From the NCBI GenBank assembly GCA_016748015.1, contig JAAOMT010000697.1, positions 566,868 through 630,867 of the forward strand: a DNA stretch of 64,000 nucleotides, given 5' to 3'. Source of the stretch: Geosiphon pyriformis uo1. Lineage: Eukaryota > Fungi > Glomeromycota. This document shows, piece after piece, positions 13,492 to 24,842 of the stretch (positions are counted from its first letter, which is position 1; each line of letters begins with the position of its first letter). Below the pieces are notes generated by a model. It did no database searches, was not told the DNA's origin, and saw nothing but the letters and a program-made list of their open reading frames with translations. The position numbers were made by a program, and so were the translations under genes.

Positions 13492-14295
13492 TATTATTTA
13501 TAGAAAAAAAGTACAAGAAAGAAGTAAAAAAAACAGATAGTAAAAATAAGCCAATAAAAAAATAAATAAGCATATTGTTAGAAAATCATAATATATTGCT
13601 TAAGAATATGTAAAATTTTATATAACAAGAATTATATATATATAGCAAGAATATTAAAAGCAGAAAAAAATTTATTCAGTTTAAAAATTAAGAACAATAG
13701 CTAAAAATAAGTAATTATTTCATAATTTTTTCTTTAAAAAATAGTTTTCTATAACTTAAAATAGAATTATACTTATATTAATAAAAATATCTATTATTAT
13801 CCAAAATTTATAATATTATTATTTGATTAAAGAATATTAATCACTTCCACACTATCAACAATTCATGTTAATTGAATTTAATACTTAATTATACTAGACT
13901 AATAGCTTTTAATTATAACTATTAATAAGATACTAATTTTTTATTTTTTATTTTATTTTTTTTTGTTTTGTTTTTTGTTACTTATTAATTGATTAAAAAT
14001 ATTAAGTACTAAGTAATTAACATCAAAAATAGTCTGGTAAAAAACTTGAAAACAAGGGTAAAAAACTTAAAAATAGCTTATTAAAAGAACATAACTATTA
14101 AAATAAACCAGTTATCATGCTGAAAAAAAAAATTCACAGAAGAAATTATTAATTAAATTTTTGTCTATTATAAAAAAGATTTAATCAAAATCTTCAAACT
14201 CCAAAATCTTCAAAAATTATTATTATTAACAGTTATTGAATACTAAATTATAAATTTGTTATTTGTTTTAATGCTTCAAATAATTACTTATAACA
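13492..14295 (+). repeat. 3' LTR of the Gypsy element (LTR family A/B)
   Basis: Follows the PPT. Starts tattatttata (decayed tgttactcata) and ends taaca. Homologous to the LTRs at 16310, 53709 and 55571. Confidence 0.8.
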
Positions 14296-15510
14296 ATAAA
14301 TAGTAATTCTATTAATAAAAACAGATATTAAAACAATATTATTTAAAGAAATCATAATAGAAAATTATAAAAACATTTTGTAAAAAAGACTTGGTACTAT
14401 TCTTGACTTATTGATAAAAGCATAAATAATTGCTTTTGAAAAAATAAAACAGTTTCAAAAGAAGCTTAAAAAAAAAAAACTTATAAAACACTTTTTTTAA
14501 ATATTAATAACTTAGGTTTAGAATATTGCTTAAACAGAGACAATGTTTATGATAATAAATTTTTTAATTAGTGAAAAAAGCTTTTTATAGTCAACAAAAT
14601 TTTGAACAATAGTTCTTATATTCTACAAAATTAATATGAAACAATCTTTAATAATTATTCTGTTTATAATATATAACTCAAAAAATATTACAAATAATCT
14701 AATTAGTTATCTGTTGTAATAATACTAATTCAATTGATCAACAAAAATCAAATATAAATAAATGTATTATTGTCAAAACAGAAGTATTTTTAATTAACAT
14801 AAACAATTATTTTCTGAATTAAAACATTCAAAACACTTTCTATACTCTTCATTAATATTGAACTAAAAATTATTTAAATGCTACTTTAACCATTGAAAAA
14901 CAAATAACTATAATCAATAACAGTAGAACACATACTATTATTAAACCAAAAAAAATTACTACTAAAAGAAAAAAAATTAGTAATAAAATGAATAAATATA
15001 TGCTTAAAAACATAACAACAAATATATTATTATCTTTTAATATATTTAAAAAAATAATTAAAAAAATTTTGCTTATAAACAAAAACTTGTTAAATAAAAG
15101 ACAACTAAAACTTTATGGTTATCTTAAAAAAATTATAGAAGACATGAAACTCTTAAAAAAAACAACTTTAAAAATACAAATAAAAATTTTGGGTATTATA
15201 CAATTAAATATTTCAAGAATTTTGACTATTGCAGAAAAAACCAAAATTCTTATACAAAAATTTGGTCTCTTAGATATAAAGCTTATTTTATTTCAGATAT
15301 TATATATTTTATTTACAAAAAACTTTAACAAATTAGTTAATTTTAAGTCAAATAAAAACTTTTAGATAGACTATATTATAAATAGCTTGATTTTGTTAAA
15401 GATTAATTTTTTTGAAAAAAATAATATTATAGTTGAAATTCATAGTTTTTATTAGTTATTATATATATTAGTCACTAATATTATATAATTAGCCATTCTA
15501 TTTTTAGATA
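14296..15510 (-). mobile_element. Heavily decayed and deleted LINE ORF2 fragments (endonuclease to RNase H relics)
   Basis: Minus-strand relics resemble the EN, RT and post-RNH segments of the other LINE copies. Confidence 0.55.
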
Positions 15511-15512
15511 GT

Positions 15513-15620
15513 AATTATTGACTTGATTATTAATTTAATTATTAATCTAATCAATAATCTGATCATTGACCTAACTGTTAACCTAATTATTAACTTAATC
15601 AATGACTTAATTGTTAATTA
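15513..15620. repeat. 12-bp minisatellite, 9 degenerate units
   Basis: Units: aattattgactt / gattattaattt / aattattaatct / aatcaataatct / gatcattgacct / aactgttaacct / aattattaactt / aatcaatgactt / aattgttaatta. Confidence 0.8.
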
Positions 15621-16119
15621 CTTTTAATAGCTATATAAGTAATAAGTTTCTTAGCTATAAAAAAACATGTACTAATAATCAAAATAACAAAATAAAATCT
15701 ATTATTAATTATTTTTTCTTATATTGCTTATTTTTTTTTTTTTTTTCAAGTATTTGAACATTTTAGAATAAAAAATTACTTGTTAACATTTACATACTTT
15801 ATATTTTTTTTTGATTTGTATTATTAAAATTAGTCTAAAAAGTAATTATTTGCTCTTATAATTTATTGAATAAAAAAATAATTAAAAAACACAATAATAT
15901 CTATTATTAATTCTAAAAATTACTGAGTTAAAACATAAAATAATAGCAGTAATATTATTTTGTTAACAATTATGGACTATTTTTCTATCTTTAAATTTCC
16001 AGAAAAAATTCGTAACTATGATTTTTATGAAACTAATTATACATATTAAATTTTTATTTATTTAATTCACTTTTTTATTGTAATTTTCTCTTTGATTAAT
16101 TTCATTATTCTAAAATTCT

Positions 16120-17252
16120 GTTTTTTTTACTATCTATTAGTTTATTACTTCAATCTGTAATAGTATAGTTAAATTATTTGCTGTTAATTTTGGTTTGCAA
16201 AAAGTTTTTTTTTTTAAGTATAAACAATAATATAAGAGTTTATATAAATATATAGTATTGTTTTAATTGGTCTAAGTAATTGGTTATATGTAATAAATAT
16301 TTAAACTATTGTTACTCATAAAATATAGGAAGTATATTAGTATATAAATTAGCCAATTAGAGATAGCCGTAATAGATGTGGAATTCCAAGATTCCAGAAA
16401 TTTCAGAATTTTTGTACAAAGAATCACAGGATTCCAGAATTTCAGAATTTTTTTCAAAGGAATTGCAAGATTTCAGGAATTCCAGGATTTCTGGTGTGAA
16501 GAATTAAAGAATTGAGGAATTAAAAAATCTCAATTATATATATATAGTAATAGTATTAAAAATAGAAAAGACAGACTTTTTAATTTAAATTTAATCTAAG
16601 CAACTTTTTACATCACAAAATATCAATAAATAATTATTCACTATCTCAAATCTACTCTTCACTATCAACACTTTATGTTAATAGTAATTGACATTTAACC
16701 ACATTGAAACAATAGCTCTTGATCACAGCTATTGATGGAATACTAATATTTATTGTCTTGGCTTATTTCTTTATTTTCTTTTATTTTATTTTTTTTTGTT
16801 ATTTTTTTGGTTTTACTAATTGATTGAAAATTAAGCACTGAGTTATTGATGTCAAGGATAGCCTGGTAAAAGACTCTAAAAGAAGGGTATAAAAAGTGAA
16901 TTCAAGGATAGCTTACTATAAGGGCATTTCTGCCAGATTACTGACCACCATGCTGAGAAAGAAATTCAATAGAATTGTGATTCTAGAAGGCTACTGAAAC
17001 ACTATTGAATCTTTGTCCATTATACAAAGAACTCCAACAAAACCTTCAAATCATAAAAACCTTTAGATACAAAACTATTAGATATTACTAACATTATTAA
17101 ATCAATTGAGCATCAAGTTATGGGTTTGTTATTTGCTTTGAAATCCCAAATAATTATTTGTAATACCATATTTAATTAGATTTATTTAGTTTGTTTTTTT
17201 GTATTAGATAGTAATTAGACTGTATTTATTAATAAATTTAATAATAAAAAAA
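16120..17252 (+). mobile_element. 5'-truncated LINE 3' end (ORF2 C-terminus, 3' UTR, A tail), split by a solo LTR
   Basis: Relic ..FAVNFGLQKVFF..RVYINI* matches the ORF2 end at ~3400-3491. The UTR resumes after 17169 and ends aataataaaaaaa. Confidence 0.75.
16310..17165 (+). mobile_element. Solo LTR (family A)
   Basis: tgttactcata...tgtaata. TSD CTAT/CCAT at 16306-16309 and 17166-17169 (one C->T difference). Confidence 0.9.
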
Positions 17253-17419
17253 CTAAATTTTTTCAAAAATTTAACTAATTTATAATAATTTTTTTTAATT
17301 ATTATTTTATTATATTGTTTAAAAAACTGTTTTATTATAATATTAATTAATACAAAAAATTATTTTATTAAAATATATATTTAAAAATTTTATTAACAAA
17401 TCTGTTTTCAATTATATTT

Positions 17420-19660
17420 ATTATTATTAAGTTTAATAAATATGATTCAACCACTACTTAGTACTTTAAAACAAACTAAGTATTTTAAACTAAATATAGT
17501 TTATATGTTTTTTACATATAATTAGCTACTTAAGTCAGTTCAGACTATGCTATATTGTTACAATAAAAGTAAACTTATTTAAAGCTAACATCTTTTGAAT
17601 TACATTAAATAATCTAATACTATAAGAGATTAATCCAACCAGCTATTCAGCAATTTTTAAGAGATTAGTTTTAATACTATTAAATTTATGTATCTAAAAA
17701 AACATTAAATTAGAAAATATGTTATTATTAATAACACCTAGAAAATCTAAATTACCAGATATGTTAACATTATTTATACAGTACTTTTTTTTTAGCAAAA
17801 CCACTTTTTTTTCAACTTACCAACAACTTTATTAAAAAAATTCAGATAAATTATAAGTTTATTAATCTTGAAACTAAAAACATTGCTTGAAACCAAATTA
17901 TTATTAATAAACTATTCAAATGTAATAACCAAAAAACCAATAGACTTAACAATTAACCCAACTAATACAAAAAGTTTGGTCAAATCAAATTCCAAAGAAG
18001 ACAACTAAAACAGTACCAAAGAGTTACTAATAATAACAGAAAAAAGAATAAGAGTTATTAAAAGTAGAAACTTAAAGAAGCTCAAAAAAACAAAAGTTTT
18101 GGCATAAAACTTAGAGCTTACAAAACATGATATAATATTTTAAAAGTCTTAAAAGAAAAAAATAGAGACACCTTATAATTTACAGTCAGATGGCTTATTT
18201 TTTAATATCTAAAACAACACCACTAGCCAAAGATTTTTTATCAAATACAGTAATTTCTTAGCATACTAGTTTTGCTTATAGTAGCATCCAAATTTATTTA
18301 AAATTCAAATATAATCAGAGCAAATCAGAAATAACAACCAGAATTAAAAAAGCAAAAAATAAAATATGGTTAATTATCAACTTGAAAAATCATATTACTA
18401 ATTTTAAAAACAGTATAGCCAAAAAAAAAATTGAACAACTTGGTCTTAAACTTATTATGAAATATAATAATTTTATTTTAATTTACCAAAAAAAGAATTC
18501 TAATACTATTTTTACTTATTAAAACTAATTAATAATTTAAGATAGTTACAATAAAGTTCAGTTTTTTAAAATAAACAACTATATATTGCCAAATACCAGC
18601 AGACTTTAATACCATATAAGCAATCTTATCAAACACATTAAGAGCTGTTTTAATGTCAACAGCAAACATACTTAAAGGCATATTATACAGTACAATAGCA
18701 GCAAAAGTGGAACTAGTCTCAGAAATCACCAAAAATTTGGCAATTTTAAGAATAGTTAAACAAATAAAACTTGTAAGCTCAACTAAAAAAACAGTTTTTA
18801 AAGACTCTTAAAAAGCAAACTTTATGCAAAAAAGTTTTATATTGTTTTTTGATACTAATTTTAAATCCAAAAAATCATGTACAAACTAGAAAACAGTTTT
18901 AATATAAGCCAATTTAATCTTAAAAATAGCATTAGGCATCAAAATAAAGACCACTTATCCAGCAAACTTTTGATAACCAGTAATAGTTTTTTAAGCACCA
19001 CTAGTAGCAGCACCAAAAACCAATAAAGAAGATAATTCAGTTTCCATCTGATTAATCTAGTTCTTAAGAACAAATAATTTTATAGAAGATAGTTGTTTTG
19101 CTTCTAAAACTGGCAAAAATTTGCTAAAAAATAACATATTTAGCAACACAATCAGTAATTGATCTTGGCCTATCTTAAATAACATATTAGATAATACAAC
19201 AGAGATTTTATTTAAGATCTCATTAGAAACCACAAAAAAATTCAGTATAATAATAGCAGAGATAAATAACTGTTCTTACTTTTTTGAACTTTGGTCTTTT
19301 TAATTATTATCTTTAAAAAAAAAATATTAGCAGCATTTGGTATAAAAACTATAAAAAAAAATTAGCTTATTAATTGGTTTGTTATTAAAAAATTTTGGGC
19401 TTTTTAAAAAAATAGAAACAATACTAAGACTAAATTCAAATGTGTTTTTTTAAGAAAACTTTGACTGATAAAAAACCAATTAAAGATAAGAAAAATGCTT
19501 TAACAGCTACTAAAAGCAGTTTTTCACAATTATTAAGTAAGAAAAAAACTTTTAAAACATTCTGCTTAGTTGTTTCTACAACAGAAAAAACTTCTTTGGT
19601 TAAAACTTTGTAAAATATTAAAGAAAAGATATTAGTTGCAACTTTTTTATTTTTTGTTCT
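17420..19660 (-). mobile_element. Internally deleted LINE of a second subfamily: ORF1 (RRM-like) relic joined through an EN remnant to the 3' UTR
   Basis: 3' UTR motif at ~17440-17555 on the minus strand. ORF 18529-18732 reads LYNMPLSMFAVDIKTALNVFDKI..QYIVVYF (RRM-like). No RT or RNH is present. Confidence 0.7.
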
Positions 19661-19899
19661 GATTATAATTATAAAATTAAAGAAACAAAAAATTTTATTT
19701 GATATTTAAATAAAGTTTTTTGTATAATATATAATATTTAACTTTTTTTGTTTTTTTTAACAGATTTATTCTGGTGTTTTTTATTTATTTAATAAGTTAT
19801 TAAATTTTAATAAGTTATTTTAAGCTTATAATATTTTTTTTTATTAAGTTATTTATAATATTATATTTTTAATGTTTATTTTTTGTTAATAATTTATTT

Positions 19900-20743
19900 T
19901 AAAAACAAACAAAACAGAAAAATAATTAAAAATTAATATTTATAATAAAAACAGAAAAAACAATTAATATTTAACATAATAATATTAAAAATACTAAAAA
20001 GTTCAAGAATTTTAAGAATATTAAAAAAATACCAAAAATTTAAAAATTTTAAAAATATTAAACAATGATTAAGAAAGTATAAAAATAATTAAAAATACCA
20101 AAATATTTTATATTATTAAAAAATATATTTATAATAATAATATTAAAAAAAATATATTTTTTTTTTTACTATTTTATAATTTATTAAAAACAATTAGCTT
20201 AAATTTTACTTAATTATTTCTAATTTAATTTATAAATCAATAAAATTATTTAATTAAAACCAAAAAAATTTTATAATTTATTATTAATTTTTTTATTTTA
20301 TTTTTATTATTTTTTTAAAATAACTAATATTAAAAACCAATATTAAAAATTTTAATATAATTATTATTATCTTTTTTTACTTTATTTTTTTTATTTTTTT
20401 TTATTTTGTTTTGTTCTTATTATTGTATTAATTAATTAAAAAAATAAGTATTAAGATTACAATAATAAAAATAATTTAATAAAAAACACAAAATCAAAGC
20501 ATAAAATTAATTTATTAAGAGTTGAATAATATATTAAAAAAATAATAACTACCAAAATAAACTTAACTATTATGTTAAAAAAATAAAACACAAATTATTA
20601 TTAACTATTAATATTAAATTTCTGTTTTTTATACAAAAAGCCCAATTATAAAAACTTTTAAATTTCTTAAAATCTTTAAATAATATAATTAATTTTATTT
20701 TTTACTAAATTACAAAATATAATATAATATATATATTTATAAC
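19900..20743 (+). mobile_element. Extremely decayed family A LTR relic
   Basis: The module order of family A LTRs is preserved in almost pure AT: aaaattttaa repeats, T-rich tract, ttatacaaaaag, terminal ataaca. Confidence 0.55.
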
Positions 20744-21090
20744 ATTATAATTAAGAATTATTAATTTAAAATAATAAATTTAATATTATATTTTTGGTAT
20801 TTAGTAATATAAAATAATTATAAATAAGTTTTATAATAACAATAATTATTTAAATTTAAAAGTTTGAATAATAATTTTATTTAAAATAATTTAAATATAA
20901 AAATAATTTTTAATAATTTTTTATTTATTAATGCTAATTATATATATATTTATTTTTAATAATATATTTTTTTGTATTTTTAATTATTTTTTAGTTATTT
21001 TTGGTATTTTTGGAATTTTTTTGGAATTTAATATTATGTTATTTATAATTTTAATATTTGATTAATTAATTAATATTATTATTATCTTTG

Positions 21091-21183
21091 TTATTTTTTA
21101 TTTTTATTATGCATTAATGAGTGTGGCCCAACTGCAAAATTAGGCGCAGCTCACGCATTTTCTACATGTGACCAGCTACCCGA
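21091..21183 (-). other. Isolated, unmutated compact LINE 3'-terminus motif with an A-rich tail
   Basis: The reverse complement shares gctggtcacatgtagaaa (18/18) with 3515-3532. Its tgggccacactcattaatgcataataaaa aligns to tggacctcacttgttaaatgttaataaaa (3591-3619). It retains 3 CpG in extremely AT-rich surroundings. Confidence 0.85.
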
Positions 21184-21904
21184 ATATAATACTAATTAAT
21201 AAAATCCATTTTTTACAAGATTTAAACAAATAAATAAGTTAACAACTAATTAATCAAATAAGTAATAAGAAATTTTATATATTAATTAAATAAAAAAAGT
21301 CAAATATAATAATATAAAAAAATAATTTTTTGTTTTTTATTATTTTTATTATTTTAAATATTTATAACAGGTTTTATTAATTTTTTTAGTTAATATTCGT
21401 TTAAAAACAAGTTTTTATAATTAAATTTAAAATTTTGCTTTTTTTGGTTCATTTGTTACTTTAATATATAACATATTATAATTGGCTTTAAACCCTTATA
21501 TTCATATAATCAAAATAATTTAAATTTTAAACAATTATAATATTTGTTATATTTATTGGTTTTTTGATAGGCAGTAGTGTAATTTTTGCAAGATTTAAAT
21601 TATGAATACTAATTTCCCACCTTTTTGATTAATATACATCAAATTTCTATTTATATATTTAAGTTTTTTCGTGACTATTATATATTCTTATTAACTGCAG
21701 AATAAATAGAACAAAGTTTTCAAACATAAAAATAGAATTATCGAAATTAAGAAATTTTTATTTAATCTACAAAAATATATTGTTTGTCACCGTTTCGGAA
21801 TTTTCTTGGTGTTTATCCTGGAAAATTTACCATAAGAAATCTTTCAATGAAAGATATAAACGCAGAAGAATTCCGGAATCTATCGAAAGTCTTATCTTAT
21901 TGAA

Positions 21905-22148
21905 TTATATTTCTGGTAAAGTAACATCAGATAAGCCAACAAAAGGATCGTCATCGTCGTCATCATCATCATCCCCATCAATGTCCACTAATAGATCGTC
22001 AATGGTCAACGTATCTGTTGGCCTGTGTTGTATATTATTATTGGCACTAAAATCATGTCGGCTTCCATCTAATCCCGTTTTTAATCTTGCGGGATTTCGT
22101 TCAAGACTTCCATTCATAGAACTATTGTGATTTTGTTGATGCTGCTGT

Positions 22149-22181
<33 letters not shown>

Positions 22182-22761
22182 CTTTGTTGTTGCTGCTGCT
22201 GTTGTTGTTGCTGTTGCTGTTGCTGTTGGATTAAAGCTCTTTTCTGTTGTGCTAATAAACGACGAATTTGAACTAGTGGAGGAACATAAGGTGTTACCGC
22301 TGTTGTAGTTATTTGAGAATCAGTCCTATGAGCTGAGGTGGCAGCTCTAAGTTGACCATTTGTCGTCTGAATTCCAGGACTTCCGATTGTTAAAGCAGTA
22401 CTAGTTCTATCAGGGCCAGCAGAGGTATTTAAGCTACTGTCGGCTTGAAGATAATGACGATCATTTGTTGAAGAAAGAATACTTTGGGAGGAAGATGAGT
22501 TTCCTCTATTATTATTAGTAACGTTCGTATCATCAACACCTCCCATAAGGTTCAATAACATTTGTCGATCCTGGTCAGTTGGGGCATTTAAAATATCGGC
22601 ACCGATATACGACATGAAGGAATCACTGCCATCATTATCTTGAGTATCTAAAAGTTCATGACCATCATCAGAATCAAATCCTAATTGTGAGGTTACGTAA
22701 TCGAGATTGGATTCCAGTACATGAATTCTACTTTCAATTTCCCTCATATTGTTTTTACTAC

Positions 22762-22792
<31 letters not shown>

Positions 22793-24580
22793 TGGTTGGC
22801 TACTGATGGAGTTGATTCCATGTGATGATATTGTTTGATGTTGTCGGGATGCCGACGTTGCTGATGATGATAAGGTTGGTTGGTGTGGTGTTTGAGGTGG
22901 ATTAGGGGAATCTGGTTGTAAATTGTAAATAGCAGTGTCATTATTAGGGCTAGGGATCGAAGTTGTTGCTGTTGAACTTTCCCCTGATGTTCCACCCATG
23001 AGATTATTATTTGTTGCTAAATGGTCATTTGATATGGTAGTTGAAGAATTGTTCGCGACTGCCAATGCGTCATTTAGTAAATTCGGATCACTCTGAAGGA
23101 TATTGGAAAATTGCTGGGCTGCTGTCAAAAAACCTGCAGAATTAGGATCTTCAACACTAGAACCTGAGGTGTTCGACAAATTGTTGAAAAAATCAAACGT
23201 TGATAAATTTGATGCTCCTGGCGAAGGGTCATTGACCGCTAAGGAAGCCAGTATCGATAAAGCTAATGATGAGAATTTGAAATCCACCAATTGAATTAAC
23301 TTTTAAATCTAATTTTTCAATAAGATAAAAAACAGTTGAATTTAAATTGTGTTACCAGGATTATTTAAATCTAAACCGGTAAACCCCCAGTTTGATAAAT
23401 CCATGTCATTCTGTGCCGCATTATTAGGCTGAGTAGCAGCAACAGGATGCGCTTCATCAAAAAGAGGCCAATTAGGCCTTTGTTCTGTACCGGTCAAACC
23501 TTGGTTTATAAAATTAGCATCGCCATTTCCTAACAGTAAGCGGCGTTTTTTGGGTACAATAGCTCGCTTTTTATCAGCTGAAAATACTGACGCTAAAAAT
23601 CTTAGAATCTTATCGATAGTCTCTTGTTGACGGCGATACCTTTCTCGCACTGACAATGTTTCTTGCCACAGTATCTGATTATCACGTTGAATATTTTTTA
23701 AATCTGTACTGATCGTCATTTGATGTTTCTTGATGGAAGTAATTTCACCCATTATAACATCAAGATCAACTTCGGTGGGCTCTTTTATATTGGTACCATT
23801 ACTTTCGTTATCTTTGCCTTTCTTGCGCTGCACAAAGAACAAAAGATCTGGTTGGTTTCTGAGAAAATTTGTATTACTAAATTCCCATTGTTCTGATTGT
23901 CCATCTGATTGCAACACTCCTTGTTGCAAATGAGGTATCTTATGAAATCCATACATATTTAATTGTCGAACGAAACTGCTAAAGTTGTTGTGCTTGAAAA
24001 ACCGTGGGAGAACTTCCCGTGCAAAGTCCTGTGGTCTTTTGACTAATAAAAAGGTATAGGAAAAATATACCAAAGTTTTTGTTCAGAGAATTCTCATAAT
24101 AGTTGGAAATCAGGATCCTCTCCGATAAATAAATACGATCGTAATACCTAAAAATGAATTCCCTCCATCAGACCATGTGATCAACTGGTTCGATTGGGGA
24201 TCATTAACCATGCTAGAAAGTAAAAACAATTAAATTTGAAGAATGGGAATAGAATGATATGGTTGGTTTGCTTACTTATATAATTTATTCAAAAAAGCTG
24301 GTACGCTTTTGTTACCAGCTCTAGAAGGTTTCGTTTGTAAGGAAGGTGCTGAAAGAGAGAGGGGTGTTGAGTTACTGGGAGAAGGAGGAGGAGAGTAATC
24401 TTGACTATTAGGCGATTGAGAATCCGCTGGTCGTTTAAGCGGGATTGTAGAAGTTTTTCTTGGAGAGAGTTTAGATTCTTTTATCTTGAAAGCCTCGGAA
24501 TTAGTAGCAGAGCTGACTGAAACTTCAGCACTAACTGAGGGGGGTAGTTGAAGTTCTGAAGGTGGTGGTTGCTGTTGCAT
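21905..24580 (-). CDS. HSF1: Heat shock transcription factor. Predicted exons: 24580-24276, 24212-24148, 24042-23356, 23262-21905.
   Basis: DNA-binding domain VPAFLNKLYNMVND..LITWSDGGNSF..FAREVLPRFFKHNNFSSFVRQLNMYGFHK. HR-A/B heptads IKKHQMTISTDLKNIQRDNQILWQE..QQETIDKILRFLASV. The GT-AG introns keep the frame. Confidence 0.95.
22131..22228 (-). repeat. CAA/CAG poly-glutamine tract in HSF; a poly-Asn (AAT)n tract lies at ~22762-22793
   Basis: Q15-R-Q6-R-Q6-H-Q2 in the ORF translation. Confidence 0.95.
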
Positions 24581-24842
24581 CCTTCCAGATTATTATAAAC
24601 TCAAAATTTCTAAATGTCCTTTCCCACGTCTCTAAATCTTGTTAATTTTACAAACACGTTGGCGGAGTTTTGTTTGCAATTTTTGATAATGAATTTGCGA
24701 AGTTTGGTTTTAGAAAAATGCATGGAAGGATGTAGAATACGTAATTCTTAGGACATCGCGGATTGGATACGGTAAATCCTGTGATTCATGAGTTTTAAAA
24801 TTGGGCAGTCCCACAGTGGCTGTTCGTAACGAGAACTTTGGA
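24581..24842. promoter_or_regulatory. Divergent promoter region HSF/QNG1 (262 bp between ATGs)
   Basis: Head-to-head start codons. CpG-containing, with two CACGT cores. Confidence 0.6.

Larger units (their letters stand above)
3625..14295 (+). mobile_element. Decayed Ty3/Gypsy LTR retrotransposon (gag-PR-dUTPase-RT-RH-IN plus 3' LTR). It is interrupted by two solo LTRs, and on its 5' side by the LINE.
   Basis: Gag core ~4080-4600 and CCHC relic ~4800-4850. Protease relic IKLIFDNR (from ILDSG) ~7720. RT relics FTLDLNSNY, MSFGLTNTPAIFQ and VYLDN ~10385-10595. RH relic IITTD ~11015. Integrase HHCC (NMHSDLTAEH...YYWP...SCNNC) 11620-11750, core AIDYLTK..QTNGLIEKFN, GPF relic ~12550. PPT 13477-13491. 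The domain order RT-RH-IN is Gypsy. Confidence 0.92.

Noticed and set aside
14988-15365. Long K/I/L/N-rich track ORFs in AT-rich DNA (also 7315-7527, 44110-44400, 47926-48234, 60111-60320)
   Set aside because: These are chance or antisense frames over decayed retroelements, not genes.
21140-21185. Resemblance of ggcgcagctcacgc...ccagctacccg to Alu/7SL or to a tRNA
   Set aside because: The match is short and gapped, with no cloverleaf, B box or SRP S domain. Homology to the LINE 3' UTR explains it better.
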